NCBI GenBank assembly: GCA_000004695.1
Contig: CM000151.3
Span: 2,432,001-2,496,000, forward strand
Source: Dictyostelium discoideum
Taxonomy: Eukaryota
Length of the DNA stretch: 64,000 nt
Reading direction: 5' to 3'
Shown: piece after piece, positions 1 through 15,279 of the stretch
How positions within the stretch are numbered: the first letter of the stretch is position 1
Layout of the letters: every line of letters begins with the position of its first letter
The notes under the pieces: model-generated
The model's input: the letters and a program-made list of their open reading frames with translations, nothing else
What the model was told of the DNA's origin: nothing
The model's database searches: none
Translations under genes and position numbers: made by a program

Positions 1-2759
<2,759 letters not shown>

Positions 2760-3519
2760 TTTCTATTTGACTGATAATAACAATAATAAAAACAATATGC
2801 ATTATTTTTTTTTTTTTTTTCGTCATGTCAATTTTAATGTTTTCAATAATAATCACTCTTTTGATTTTTTTTTAATTTTTTTTTTATTTTAAAATATCTT
2901 TGGCATTAAAAAAAATCAAAAGAGTGATTATTATTGAAAAAATTAAAATTGAAATGAATTAAATTAATTGTCAGATATTTATTTTTTTTTTTTTTTGTGC
3001 AGTCAACTAAAAATAAAAAAAAGATATTTTTAAAAAATCATGATTGTTGAAATTGGTGGTTTTATTTGGATTTTCATTTTTTTTTTTAAAAATAAAATAT
3101 AATACTATTATTATTTTATTGTAAAACATTATTTAAATTCTATTATATGTTTAGTGATGTGGAGGAAAATGAAATGAAAATGAAATTTTAAAAAAAAAAA
3201 AAAAATAATTAATATTTTCATTTTTGAAAATAATTTTATTACTATGGCATTTTGAAAAGAAGATGATATCATTTATAAATTAAAAACTAGAAATTAAAAA
3301 ACTTAAAAAAATAAAATTAAAAAAGGTTAATGAAATATATATTTTTCATTATTGTTTAAAAAATCAATTTAATTAATATAAAAAAATTAAAAAAAATATA
3401 TTTAATACTGGTATATTTGTTTTTTAGATATTTATTTTGAAATTAGATTTTTTTTTTTTTTTTTTTTGATTTTTTTTTAATTTTTTTTTTTTTTTATTAT
3501 TTTTTAATGTTTCAATAAA

Positions 3520-5553
3520 GTGAAAATGGTTTCAAATAATGATGATTTATTTTTTAAAATTTTTAGAAATCAATATATTAATAGAGAAATATTTAATAAA
3601 GTTAAAGAATATAATAAGAAATTAAAATATATCAGATATAATTATTATGATTTACCTTTAGAATTAATAATAAAAAAAAAAAATCAACAATTATTTGTAG
3701 AAAAATTAAAAGATTTTTTAAAACTTAAAAATGAAATAAAAGAGAATGGATTCACCAAAGAAAATCAATCAAATGTACATAAATATTTTATTAGATTTGA
3801 TGAAGGGCAAATATTACTTTTATTAGGATGGAAAGAATTGGATTTAGAATCATTTGATCTTTATTTAAGAATATTTGAAAATGAAATTAAAAATCGGAAT
3901 GAAATAACATTATATATTAACCCCAGTGGTTTTGAAATATGTGATGATAAATTCATACACTTTTTAGAAAAAAAAACATTTAGAAAATTAATTAAATTTG
4001 ATAATATCGTTGCCTTTGTATATAGAGGGGTTCATTCAATAAGATTATTAAATTATTTTATTGATAATTGTAAAGATTTAAATAGTGATGCTTTAAAAGA
4101 TTTAAATAATCTATATACTATATTTTCATTGTATTATTCAAATGGGAAAAATGAAGATTTAAAATACGAATATCTAAAGAGAATAAAAAGGTCAAATCAA
4201 TATTTTTCACGTTTAAATTCCTTTACAAGATTTATTGAAGATGCAATAAGAAATGAAGATTTAAAAATGTTAAAATCGCTACTTTCTCTTTTTAAATATG
4301 ATAAAAAACAAACCAATCCAACAGATCACCATCCAGATGATATAGTTACAATATTGGATATTCAAATTTCAATTAAAATATTAGAGCAATTAAAAATTAG
4401 TATTAATTCATTTAGAGGAAATGATAAATTATTACCATTTTATAAAATTTTAATAGAACGAGTATACTCTTCAAATAACTATTTCAAAAAAGAACAAAAA
4501 AAGAGACTTACAATAGCCTCAATAGAGTTTAGAAATTATGCAATTGACAAGATGTTAAATAATGGCTTCTATGCCAGTGATGAAAGAATGTTTGAAAATA
4601 TTTCATTCGCTTCAAATTGTATAAATGATGATGATCCAAACAATCTTTCAGAATATGATAAATTATTATTAAAACCAGAGTTTTTATCAGTACTTTTTTA
4701 TAAATGTAAAATAATGAATAGAGATTTAAATTTATTCAAATTATATCTGGTTAAATTTGGATTCAACTTTGAAAAATTATTAACTATAATAGAATTAAAT
4801 TATGAAAACATGGTATCTTATGTAATTTCAAACCTTTCTGAAATTGTTTTAAATCGATATTTAGATTTAATTGATTTTTCATTACCATCAAATGAAAGTG
4901 AAGGTTATGATTTTGTTTTTAATTTAGTTTTACCATTGTTAACTTTTGAAGAAACATTATCACTACACGAAAAAATTCAAAGCATCAAATTACCTTTCAA
5001 CTCTGAAAGAAGAAGAAAATTCATTTTAAAATCATATGAAATTGAATCAAAAATTGATGAAATTAATAGAAATAAAATCAATCAAAGATTTTTAAAAAAT
5101 TTTCTTAATAGAAAAGAAATTTTAATTGAAATTTGTAATAGCAAAACACTAACTGATTTAATATTTTGTAATTTAAAATCAGAGAATTTTAAAACAATTA
5201 AAAAAATTAAAAAACTTTGTTTTATCATTGATAAAACTTTATTAGCTAAATTTATTTGTTCAATTTATTGTGATTATTCAAAATCACTTTTATACTTAAT
5301 TCACATTCTAGATATTAATAATATTAATGATAATGATAATAATAATAATATAACAATTCCACAATCCATCTCCTCAAAATTTTCAAGTTTCGAAATGGCA
5401 ATGGGCCAAAGTATGCAGTATTTTTTATTAAATTTAAAATCAAGCTATGATGAAGAAAAAGATGGCCAGATGGTAACTGTAGACATTCAACCCCCAACAA
5501 AAAGTAATAATTATAATTTTATCAAAAAAGCACTATCATTTTTAAAAAAGTAA
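3520..5553 (+). CDS. Hypothetical protein, 677 aa, single exon, K/N/I-rich; no recognisable domain
   Basis: 2 kb uninterrupted ORF in a genome whose non-coding DNA is full of stops; ATG at 3520 after an A/T-rich leader; stop followed by an oligo(T)/oligo(A) terminator-like tract. Confidence 0.7.
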   Translation: MKMVSNNDDLFFKIFRNQYINREIFNKVKEYNKKLKYIRYNYYDLPLELIIKKKNQQLFVEKLKDFLKLKNEIKENGFTKENQSNVHKYFIRFDEGQILLLLGWKELDLESFDLYLRIFENEIKNRNEITLYINPSGFEICDDKFIHFLEKKTFRKLIKFDNIVAFVYRGVHSIRLLNYFIDNCKDLNSDALKDLNNLYTIFSLYYSNGKNEDLKYEYLKRIKRSNQYFSRLNSFTRFIEDAIRNEDLKMLKSLLSLFKYDKKQTNPTDHHPDDIVTILDIQISIKILEQLKISINSFRGNDKLLPFYKILIERVYSSNNYFKKEQKKRLTIASIEFRNYAIDKMLNNGFYASDERMFENISFASNCINDDDPNNLSEYDKLLLKPEFLSVLFYKCKIMNRDLNLFKLYLVKFGFNFEKLLTIIELNYENMVSYVISNLSEIVLNRYLDLIDFSLPSNESEGYDFVFNLVLPLLTFEETLSLHEKIQSIKLPFNSERRRKFILKSYEIESKIDEINRNKINQRFLKNFLNRKEILIEICNSKTLTDLIFCNLKSENFKTIKKIKKLCFIIDKTLLAKFICSIYCDYSKSLLYLIHILDINNINDNDNNNNITIPQSISSKFSSFEMAMGQSMQYFLLNLKSSYDEEKDGQMVTVDIQPPTKSNNYNFIKKALSFLKK

Positions 5554-5683
5554 TAAATAATAAATAATTTTGTATTTTTATTTTATTTATTTTTGTTTAT
5601 TTACAAATAAATTAATTTTTTTTAAAAAAAAAAAAAAAAAAAAAATGAAATATATATATATTTATATAATTATTAATAATATT

Positions 5684-5689
<6 letters not shown>

Positions 5690-5737
<48 letters not shown>
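5690..5737. repeat. Poly(T) homopolymer, ~48 nt, between convergent gene ends
   Basis: Seen directly; lies at the 3' ends of the + gene ending 5553 and the - gene ending 5736. Confidence 0.9.
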
Positions 5738-5739
<2 letters not shown>

Positions 5740-8700
5740 CTCTTTGAAAAACATAACATACAACCTTGATCTTCAATACAACAATGATGATATGAATGAC
5801 CACAATTTGGGAATACTATAATTGTAGCGGGTGTTGAACCTAAAAATGAAGATTCAGGATTTTCAGCTAAAGATAAGGTACAAATTGGACAAGAACCAGT
5901 TGATAATTCAGTTTCTACACCCCAATGTCTACGTGAATTATCTTCAAAGAATGAAGGTATTTTAAAATCGATATTATCACCACTATCATGACTTGAAGTT
6001 CCAAGTTTATTAAAGAATTCTTTGAATGGATTATTTGGTAAAGTTGGGTCCAATTCAGGACCAATCATAGTTAAGAATTGAGGTGAAATGGTCAAGGGTT
6101 TCTTTAACCATAAATGACTATCCAAAAGTGATAAGATATCATATGATAACTTTGGTCTATCATACAACGACCATTTTCCAAATTTAATCCAATCTGATAA
6201 TAATTTAGTTTCAATTTTACTCTTTTCAAACATTTCTGAAAATTTGCAAACCAATTCAATAGTTTCCAATGGACCAATTGCTTTACCAATTAAATCCAAT
6301 ATAAATAATTCTGAAATTTCAAATGTAATACTTGATTCACCAGATTGATCTTCATTTTCATGTTGATCAATTCTTAATTGTTTCATAATTTCTAAAGTAT
6401 TTGACCAAATTTCAATTGATGTACTATTTTCAAAACAATTTGAAAAACCTTTTTTATCATCAGTGAAAATGGTTAATTCCAAGAGTTTCTTTGAATAATG
6501 ATTCAATTGTTCTTGATTATGTAAAATGGATTTCATAGAATAAACATTTTTGAAATAATGTTCATAAATTTTATAAAGGCCAATATGAAAACCATTTTCA
6601 GCAGACATTGATTCCAATGATTTCAATAAATTACCATTACCATATTCATTATTAATTACATTATCAATAATTTGTATTAAAGTATCTTTTGATTTCCATT
6701 CAATTAAATTTGATTTTAATTTTGGTATAAATTTTCTTGTTGATGTTGTTGACATATCTTCTCTTTCTTCAAATAATTGATTTTGATTTGGTTTATTATT
6801 CATTAAATTTGAAAGGAACCATTGTTCTAATAATTCTAGTGAATTAAATTTACATTCTGGTTTTAATTTCATTAATTGATTTAAATATTCAAATTTAATT
6901 AAATTACCTAATTCTTTATTACTTCTACTACCACCACCACTATCATTACTTTTATTAATAATAATATCATCGTTTTCAATTAAAGAATTTGTAAAATTTA
7001 AAATATTTCTTGGTAATATAATTGGGAAATGTTTTGCAAAGAATTTTGAAGATTCAATTGGATCCAATTCTAATAATTGATTTAAGAATCTAAATAATAA
7101 TCCATAATCATTTGAACAATGACTATCCAATAATGTTAAACAAGTTGAAGAATCTGAAGAATCAATGAATTGATAAATGGTTGAGATTATCTTTGATTCT
7201 TGTTTTGTAAATGATTCAAATTCAACCAATTGTTCTATACATCTATCCCATTTACGTTCATTTGAATTTAAATAAACTCTATTGGTATTTAAAAATTGAT
7301 AATACTCTTTAATGAATTCAATTGCTAATTGTTCATTCCAACACTTACAAAGTTTATTTGTATGTGTTAAACTTTTACCATTTCCACCACTACCACTACC
7401 ACCACCAGTACTACACTCTTTAGTAGATTTCAAATTTATACCAAAACAGAAACAACTTGTAACTATATCTTTTATCATATCACTTGGAATAACACTATCT
7501 TCGATAGAATTAAATAATTGTACCCAAATTTGTAACATTGGTTCAAATGATGTTGTTTTTGTCTTATTCTCTTTATATTGTTGTAAAGATTCATAGGTTT
7601 GTTTGGTTAATTTCTCTAAAACTTCAATTGGATGTTGTTGTGATTGTTGTTCATTTACTATTGTTGTATTTAAATTATCTGTTATTGTTGTTGCTGTTGT
7701 TGCTGTTGCTGTTGCTGTTGTTGTATTATTTAATGTTACATTTGTATTATTACTTGAATTTATATCATCACCACTTGATGGACCTAAAATTTTATGTGTA
7801 ATATCAGATTTAATTTCATTTGTTTTATTTAATGCAAATTGCTTAATCTCCAAGAATGATGATGTAGCTGAATTTAATGTTTTAAAAATACCCTGTTGTA
7901 TATTATTAGCTGTAACTGTTGTTGCTGATGTTGGTATTGGTGTTGGTGTTGGTGCTATTGTAGTTTCTTCTTTTTTTGGTGATAATGATACTTCTGCTGG
8001 TGTGGTTGTTGTTGTTGTTGTTGATGATGATACGGTTTCTACATATAAAGGTGGTGATGGTGTAGGATTTGAAATTGGTGGCGATGAGATTTGTGGTGTG
8101 GTTGTAGTTGTAGTTGATAATGCCGCTGCTTTTTTAATAATTTTTTTCTTTACAATAACTGTTCTTTTGACTTCTGTTGGTGCTCCTATTGATGTTGATG
8201 TTGCTGTTGCTGTTGTTGCTGTTGTTGATGATGATACTATTGATTGTGGTGGTGAAGTTGATAGAGTTGCTGTATTATTTGTTCCATTTAATTGTTGATC
8301 CTGTGGTAATGCTGTTTTTATAACCTTTTTCTTTATAACCTTTCTAGTTGTTGATGCAGCTAAAGTTGGATCTTTAACACTTGTTGATACCATTAATGGT
8401 TCTGATGATAAAGGAATATCTGAGAAAATACATTCTTTTGATGCTACTCTTTGAATTGATGTTTCAACTGCTGTTGTCGTTGTTGTACTATCCAATAATT
8501 TATCATCAACGAATTGATCAGTTGATGATTTTAATGATGAAGGTTGTTGTTGTTGTTGTTGTTGTTGTTGTTGGTTTGATGATTCACTAACTAATGGCAA
8601 ACTTGCACTACCTTCAATAGTTAATGAATTTGTACTACTTGATAATGTAGAATTATCAGTATTTGTACTATCAATTTCACTACCAATTATATTATCACTA

Positions 8701-8946
8701 TTTGATAAAGTTGTTAAATTCTCTTTTTTTAAAAAAAAAAAAATAAATAAAAAAAAAAAAGTATTAATATATCAATTCAGCAAAATCATTAAAGTATCCT
8801 TTTTTTTTAAAAAAAAAAAAAAAAAAAAAATTACCTTGTGATTCAGATTTCTTTGGTTGTAATTGTTCATCTTTCTTTTCCTCAATTAATGAGGCTATTG
8901 CTATTGGTTGTGGTTGTGATTGTGGTTCACTTATTATTTCCTCAGG

Positions 8947-8982
<36 letters not shown>

Positions 8983-10458
8983 TTGTAATTGATCAGATTG
9001 TTCTTGTAATTCTTGAGGAGTTGGTAAAATTTCTAAAGGAATTGAAGTGAAAATTCTAGAGATAGAATGATTTTGACCATGTAATGCATAGATTGAATCA
9101 TGATAAACAACCAAGTCATGAATTTGATTTGTATCTAATTTCCATTCTAAAACTTCAACTTCATTAACATCGATTAAGAGTAATGATAATTCATCATATG
9201 ATATTAAGTAATTACCAAATGGTAATAACTTTGAGAATATCATTGGGAATTTACCAGTGAGATAAGTATTTGCATCATTGGATGAATTTGAAGATATTAA
9301 TGGTTTTGGTTTCAATATTATATTTGGTATTGGATTTGTAGTACCATCTTCGTTTGTGGTTGAGGATGGTGTGAAATTCATAGTCGATAAAACACGACCA
9401 TCAATTGGATCGGCTAACCATAATCTTTTGCCAGGTCTTGATGTGTAAACAGAGGATTTATAAAATGGGTGAAAACAAGCACCCTGTTTAGTATTCTCAC
9501 GTTGTTTCTTACCAATTTGAATGATACTCAATACTTTACCAACATTGGTAGCTGTTAGTATTTGAAAATTTACAACTATCGATTTGGTTAATGTGCTTGC
9601 TAATATTGAAATAGTGATTGAGTTTACTGGTGGTATTGAATTTGTTATTGGTATAGTATGTACAATATTTTGTTGTTGTTGATGATGATTATTTAATGAC
9701 GAATTATTCGAATTTGAATTTGAGTTTGTGGTTAATTGAATATCCTGGTGTAGTTGTGTATTTGTTATTGTTGGTATCGATGGTATTATATCCAATTGTA
9801 CAAGTTTTGAATCACATTTATAAACTAGGTCAGCAGAGAAAAAGAATGATTTTCTAGCTTTTGTGACGGAACAACAATAAAGGTTACCCAAATCATCGCC
9901 ACTAAATAAATAACCACCGCAATGACTCCATATCAATGTTGTAATTTCTGCATCTTTTGGATGATCTGTCATCTTGACCAATACTTTCTCTTTCTCTCTA
10001 CGAATTGATATATTCGGTTCAATGATGAATATGGTCTTATGTGTTGCAATCGCTACTAAATTATCATTACATGGATTTATCTTTATAATTGAAATTTGAT
10101 CCCTTATATCATTTAATGATAAAATTTGTGTGAATGATAAATTTTCATTTGTAAATATTTTAACTGTTGGTAATAAATATGATTGTGGTTGTTGTAGTTG
10201 TGGTTGTAGTTGTTGTTGATTATCTTGATTTTTATTCTTTGGAATTATTGATGACATTGATTTCCTTTCAAAGAAATATAAACTACCAGTATTTGCACCC
10301 AATGCTAAATATCTTTTTGAAACATCTAAACATGTATACTTTACTCTACCACCACCACCTATTGGTGATAATATACTATCTAAATCATTTATAACTAATT
10401 GTGGTGTTGGTTGCTGTTGTTGTTGATTTGTTGTTTGTTGTTCCTCTTCATTGGTCAT
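5736..10458 (-). CDS. HPS5-like WD40/beta-propeller protein with a long alpha-helical C-terminal region ending in a RING-H2-like zinc finger; 2 exons (10458-8835, 8722-5736), ~1545 aa
   Basis: Exon 1 ORF 8764-10458 starts MTNEEEQQ…; the segment RVKYTCLDVSKRYLALGANTGSLYFFERKS … GKKQRENTKQGACFHPF resembles the HPS5 N-terminal propeller as I recall it ([26 protein letters not shown] … KERDGEYGACF). Donor CAAG|GTAATTTTTT at minus 8834/8833, acceptor (A)nAG at 8724/8723; the junction codon G+AG=GAG keeps the frame into the 954-aa ORF, whose annotated M is actually a TTG (so it is an internal exon). C-terminus CPICTLSL…CGHSYHHCC…CMLC fits the C-x2-C…C-x-H-x2-H-x-C…C-x2-C RING-H2 pattern. Internal poly-Q (CAA)n and T/S-rich low complexity. 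Confidence 0.6.
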
Positions 10459-10708
10459 TTATTTTTTTTTTTTTTTTCAATTTATTGTTTAAATAATTTT
10501 AATGTATTTTTTTGTTTATAAATAAAAAGTAAAATAAATAAATGGTACAAATAAAATAACAATGACAATAAATAAAAAAATTGAATTTTTTTTTTATTTT
10601 TTTTTTTTTTTTATTTTTTTTTATTTTTTTTTTGTTTTGAAAAAGATTTTTTTTTTATTTTTTTATTTTCATATTTTTCTTTTTCTTTTTCTTTTTAAAA
10701 AAATGCAT

Positions 10709-10740
<32 letters not shown>

Positions 10741-11858
10741 CTTAAGATTTAAAATTTCATATTCAAATAAATAATGAAATATTTGAAAAAATCAAAAAAG
10801 CAAAATTTTTTTTGTTACACCTAAATTTTATGTTATTTTATTTATTTTTTTTTTTAAAAAATTAATTTAATTAATTTTTTTTTTTTTTTAAGTGCACAAC
10901 AAAAAAAAAAATAAAAAATAAAACAAAAAAAAAGAAATCACATTTTATTCATTTTTAAATTAAAAAATATTTCTTTTAAAAATATACTACCTGTGTGGCG
11001 AATCAATTTAAATTTTATTTTTTTTAATTTTTTTTTTTTTTATTTATTTTTTTTTTTAATAAAAAAAAATTATGAATAATTAAAAAAAAAAAATTGTTTT
11101 TTTTTTTTTTTTTTAAACTTTGTATGTATAAATTTTTATTTATTTAAATTCAATAAGTTTTTTTTTTTTAAAAAAAAAATGGAAAAAGGTAAATATTATT
11201 ATTATTATTATTACTATTCATTATATGTATATTGTTTTTTTCACACACAAACCCGAAAATTATCCAAATTAAACGAGTATGGGCATTTCGAACCCACGAG
11301 CTCGTGGTCAAATAAGTTGGAAAAAAGGAAAAAGAAATCTAAAGAAAAAAAAAAAAAAAATTAAAAAAAAAAATAAAAGATTTTTTTTCTAAAGGTTGAA
11401 AATTCTAAAAAAAAAAAAAAAGAAAAAAATTCAAAAAAAATAAATTAAATTAAATTATGACATATTTGCAAACAGGCGTGACTGTTGGTTCTTTATAATA
11501 GTAATCTAACACCATATTATTAAAAAATATCTTTTTTTTTTTTTTTTTTTTTTTAATTTTTTTTTTTACTTTTTTCTCTCAAAAATAAACAACAACTCGG
11601 TTTAGTTTCAGTTTTTTTTTTTTTTTTTAATTTTTTATTTATAATAACAACAAAACCCTCAAAATTAAATTATAATTTTCCATTTTTTTTTTTTTTTGTT
11701 TTTTTTTTTATTTTTTTTATTTTTTCTTCCTTTCATATAATTAAAATTGTACATTAAAAAAAAAAAAAAAAAATTATTAATAATATAATACCAAAACTAT
11801 AACATACATAATAATAATAATTTCACAAACCTTTAAAAAAAAAAAAAAAACTTTAAAT

Positions 11859-13685
11859 ATGGTAATTTCATCTCCAATAACAAAAATTAAAAAATTAAAA
11901 GAGGATAACATCGACAACAGTAGCAGCAGTAATAGTAATAGTAATAGTAATAATAATAATAATGAAATAAATAATTTTGGAAACCACCACCATAATGATG
12001 ATAATATATCATTTTCTAGTAATAATAATAATAATAATAATAATAGTAATAAAGGCAGTAATATTAATAATAGTAGTACAACAACAACAACAACATCAAC
12101 ACCATTAATTGGAGGAGATGGTGGTGGAGATTCTTGTGAAGTCAAAAGAAGTAGGAATATATTACCACATGAAGTATTATTAACAAGAGTAACATTTAAA
12201 GTTGAAACACCAATTGGATACGTTAGAGAGAATAATGTTTTAGCAATCATTGGTGATAGTGCAGAGATTGGAAATTGGAAATCAAAGGATGCACCTCAAA
12301 TGGTTAATTCCGAATGTACAGATACTCATTTAATTTGGACTATAATTTTATCATTCCCAAAAGCAACTAGAATCAATTATAAATATATCATTAAATCAAA
12401 TAGTAATAATAGTAATCATCAAAATCAAAATAATCATCATCATCATCATCATCACAGAAATCAATTAATTAATAGCAATGGGTCAACATCATCAATCACA
12501 TCAACATCATCGTCATCGTCATCAATTACAAGTAAATCAAATTTAGTTGAATGGGAAGCAAGTAAGGGATTGAGTAGAACATTATCAATTGAAGGTATTG
12601 ATATGTTTGTTAATGATGGGTTATTTGGAGTATTAGAGTCTGGTTCAAAACCATGGATTGGTAGAGGTTGGTTACCAGAGGATGAATATCAATTACGTAT
12701 TCAATTACAATGTGACGATAATCAATCACCAGTTCATCTATATGATCATCTAATTGAACAAAATCAATTGGTACTTCGTTTACATGATCCATTTGGTTTA
12801 TCACAAGATTTTCATTTACCAATGACTGGTTTCACCGAATTGGTATTACATACTCATTCATTATCTTCTTTTAGTTTTAGTGTAACTTTATTATTAAAAG
12901 ATGGTTTGAATTTACCAATTACCACCACTACCAACAATACAACTACTACTACTACCACTACCACCACCGCCACAGCCAATAGTAATATTGGTAGTAATGG
13001 TGCATCATCTCCAACATCATATCCATCATCACCAAATGGTTATAAAGTTTTAGGTAAATCATATATTTGTTCTAATCAAGTTTCGACAGATTTATGGGGT
13101 AAGTTATATACTCCAATAATTGGGGAGAAGTATTTCCCAATTGGTGAATTTCGTTGCAACTATTTAGTGGTGACACCATTTTCTCATCCTCAAAATTCAC
13201 TATCAAATCTTTGGCATTCATTCGTTGAACAACCTCAAACATTAATTGGACATCGTGGTAATGGTAAGAACAATTTTGGTATCAATGCAAACGCTGTCAC
13301 AGAGAATACAATTTTATCATTTTTAACAGCGGCTCAATTTGGAGCTAAAATGGTGGAATTCGATTTACAATTAACCTTTGATGGTGTACCAGTGATTTTC
13401 CATGATTATGAAATTGAAATTGAAACAAATGAAGGTTTCACAATGAAAGAGACAATCAATCGTTTAACATTGGAACAATTTTTAAAGGTGAAACCGACAA
13501 CAAACAAAAGTGATTTAATTAGTCAAAAATTGAAAAGATTAAAATCATTACGTATTTCAAAGAGTACAAGTGATCTATTATCATTATCAAGTTGTCCATC
13601 TTCAACTTCATTTGATCCTTCCTCATTTTTAGAAAATGTTACACAATGTAATAGTAATTTGGTTGTCAGTGATAATAATAACAAC

Positions 13686-13741
<56 letters not shown>

Positions 13742-14571
13742 TAATGATAATAATAATAATAATAATAATAAAAATAATAATACAATTAGACCATCTAGTA
13801 TCATTCATGATCGTTTTTCAACACTTCAAGATGCTTTTCATTTAGTACCACAAGAAATTGGTTTTATGATTGAAATTAAATATCCAAATTTAGCAATGCA
13901 AAATTTACGTAAGTTTAAAGCACCTGAAAGAAATGAATTTATTGATATAATTTTAAATGTATGTAATTTTTTAAATCTTAATCTCTCCCTTTAATTTATA
14001 TAAATTTAAAAAATTAATTATTTTTATTTTTATTATTTTTTTTTTTTTAATTTTAAAAATAGATTGTTTTTAATGAAACAAATGATAGAAGAATTGCATT
14101 TTTAACATTTGATCCAGATATCGCAATTTTATTAAGAACTAAACAATTTAGATATCCAGTTTTATTTTTAGTTTGTTGTGATACACCAACATTCTTTGAA
14201 GAATTCGACCCAGATGTAAATATTAATGATAATAGAGGTAATAGCATTACAAATGCAATATCTTTTGTTAAAACTGTAAATTTGGATGGTATTGTTTGTG
14301 ATAGTCAAACAATTTTAAATAATCATTCTTTTGTAAATTTAATTCATAGTGATAATTTATTATTATTCACTTATGGTAGTAAAAAGTAAGTTTTTTTATA
14401 TTATTTTATTTTAATTTTTTAATTTTTTAATTTATCTATAAAAAGATATTAACATTTATTTTTTTTTTTCCAGTGTTGATCCTGTTAATGTAAAAATTCA
14501 AAAAGAATTGGGTGTTGATGGAATCATAGCTGATAATATTACAAAGTTAAATAAAACCGTTATTGGTTTTT
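11859..14571 (+). CDS. Glycerophosphodiester phosphodiesterase with N-terminal CBM20 starch-binding-like domain (GPCPD1/GDE5-like); 3 exons 11859-13958, 14063-14385, 14474-14571
   Basis: CBM20-like block (LTRVTFKVETPIGYVRENNVLAIIGDSAEIGNWKSKDAPQMV…HLIWT) followed by the GDPD catalytic core (IGHRGNGKN…ENTILSFLTAAQFGAKMVEFDLQLTFDGVPVIFHDYEI). Donors GTATGT (13959) and GTAAGT (14386), acceptors AAATAG (14062) and T9CCAG (14473). Phases checked: exon 2 leaves AA, which joins T to give AAT. Stop TGA at 14569-14571. Long poly-N (AAT)n insert at 13680-13790. Confidence 0.8.
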
Positions 14572-14839
14572 GAAAAAAAAATAACATATACATAAATATA
14601 TATAAAAAAAAAAGGTAATAAAATAAATAAATAAAAAAAAAAAAAGTATTTTTTTTTTTTTTTAAAAAATATTAATATTTTCTTTAAAATATTAATATTT
14701 TAAAGAATTACATACATGTAATTGCACGACCTATTGTGGATTTATCCTTGATGGTTTAATATCAGCTGTTGAAGGAGATGCTTTTTTTAATTGTAGTAAT
14801 AGTAATAATTGTGTTTTTAGCCAAAATGTTATTAACCAA

Positions 14840-15136
14840 ATGTTACCAGTAATTCCAATGACATGTATGGCAGGTGAATGTATAAATAATAATAGTAGTG
14901 GTAGCCAAAATAATAATAATACTACAAGTGATAATGGTAGTAGAAATGGTAGCGAAAATAGTCATCATAATAGTGATAGTAGTAATAATGATAATATTAA
15001 ATGCCCAACTTGTGATTGTAATAAATCCACTACTCATTTCATGATAGCAATAATTATTTTTTTGGTTGTTTTGATAATTTTATCTATAATAAACATTATT
15101 CTTGTATTTAAAAAAAGAAAAAATAATTATACATAA
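14840..15136 (+). CDS. Small Cys-rich protein with C-terminal transmembrane segment (98 aa from first in-frame Met); 5' extent uncertain
   Basis: ORF MLPVIPMTCMAGECINNN…CPTCDCNKSTTHFMIAIIIFLVVLIILSIINIILVFKKRKNNYT. The same frame stays open upstream to 14703 (ELHTCNCTTYCGFILDGLISAVEGDAFFNCSNSNNCVFSQNVINQ) with no Met, so an unfound 5' exon is possible. Confidence 0.35.
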   Translation: MLPVIPMTCMAGECINNNSSGSQNNNNTTSDNGSRNGSENSHHNSDSSNNDNIKCPTCDCNKSTTHFMIAIIIFLVVLIILSIINIILVFKKRKNNYT

Positions 15137-15279
15137 TAATTTTCTTTGAAATCAAATAAAAATATCTTAATTTTAATTTTTTTAATTCTTTTTTTTTTTT
15201 TTTTTTTGTGATTTGTTTTTTTTTTTTTTTTTTGATTTGTTTTTTTTTTTTATTTTCAGAGTTAAAAAAAAAAAAAAAA

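Noticed and set aside
7312-8298. Plus-strand ORFs 7312-7596, 7538-7801, 7603-8298 (V/L-rich translations)
   Set aside because: They lie antisense to the T/S/Q-rich low-complexity coding region of the large minus-strand gene. Their translations are homopolymeric (VVVV, LLLL), typical antisense artefacts of codon-repeat DNA.
5736-8600. Treating the 954-aa ORF as an independent gene starting at its annotated M
   Set aside because: Its first codon is TTG, not ATG, and the frame stays open upstream to an (A)nAG acceptor that is phase-compatible with the upstream 564-aa exon; it is interpreted as exon 2.
8381-9050. Plus-strand ORFs 8381-8590 and 8838-9050
   Set aside because: Antisense to the (CAA)n poly-Q coding repeats and the intron of the HPS5-like gene; poly-V/L products.
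11777-12250. Minus-strand 157-aa ORF overlapping the start of the GDPD gene
   Set aside because: Poly-L/poly-V translation of the antisense of (AAT)n/(CCA)n coding repeats; the sense strand carries a recognisable CBM20 domain.
13523-13845. ORFs 13523-13804 (-) and 13636-13845 (+)
   Set aside because: Translations of the (AAT)n microsatellite (poly-L / poly-I) inside the GDPD gene.
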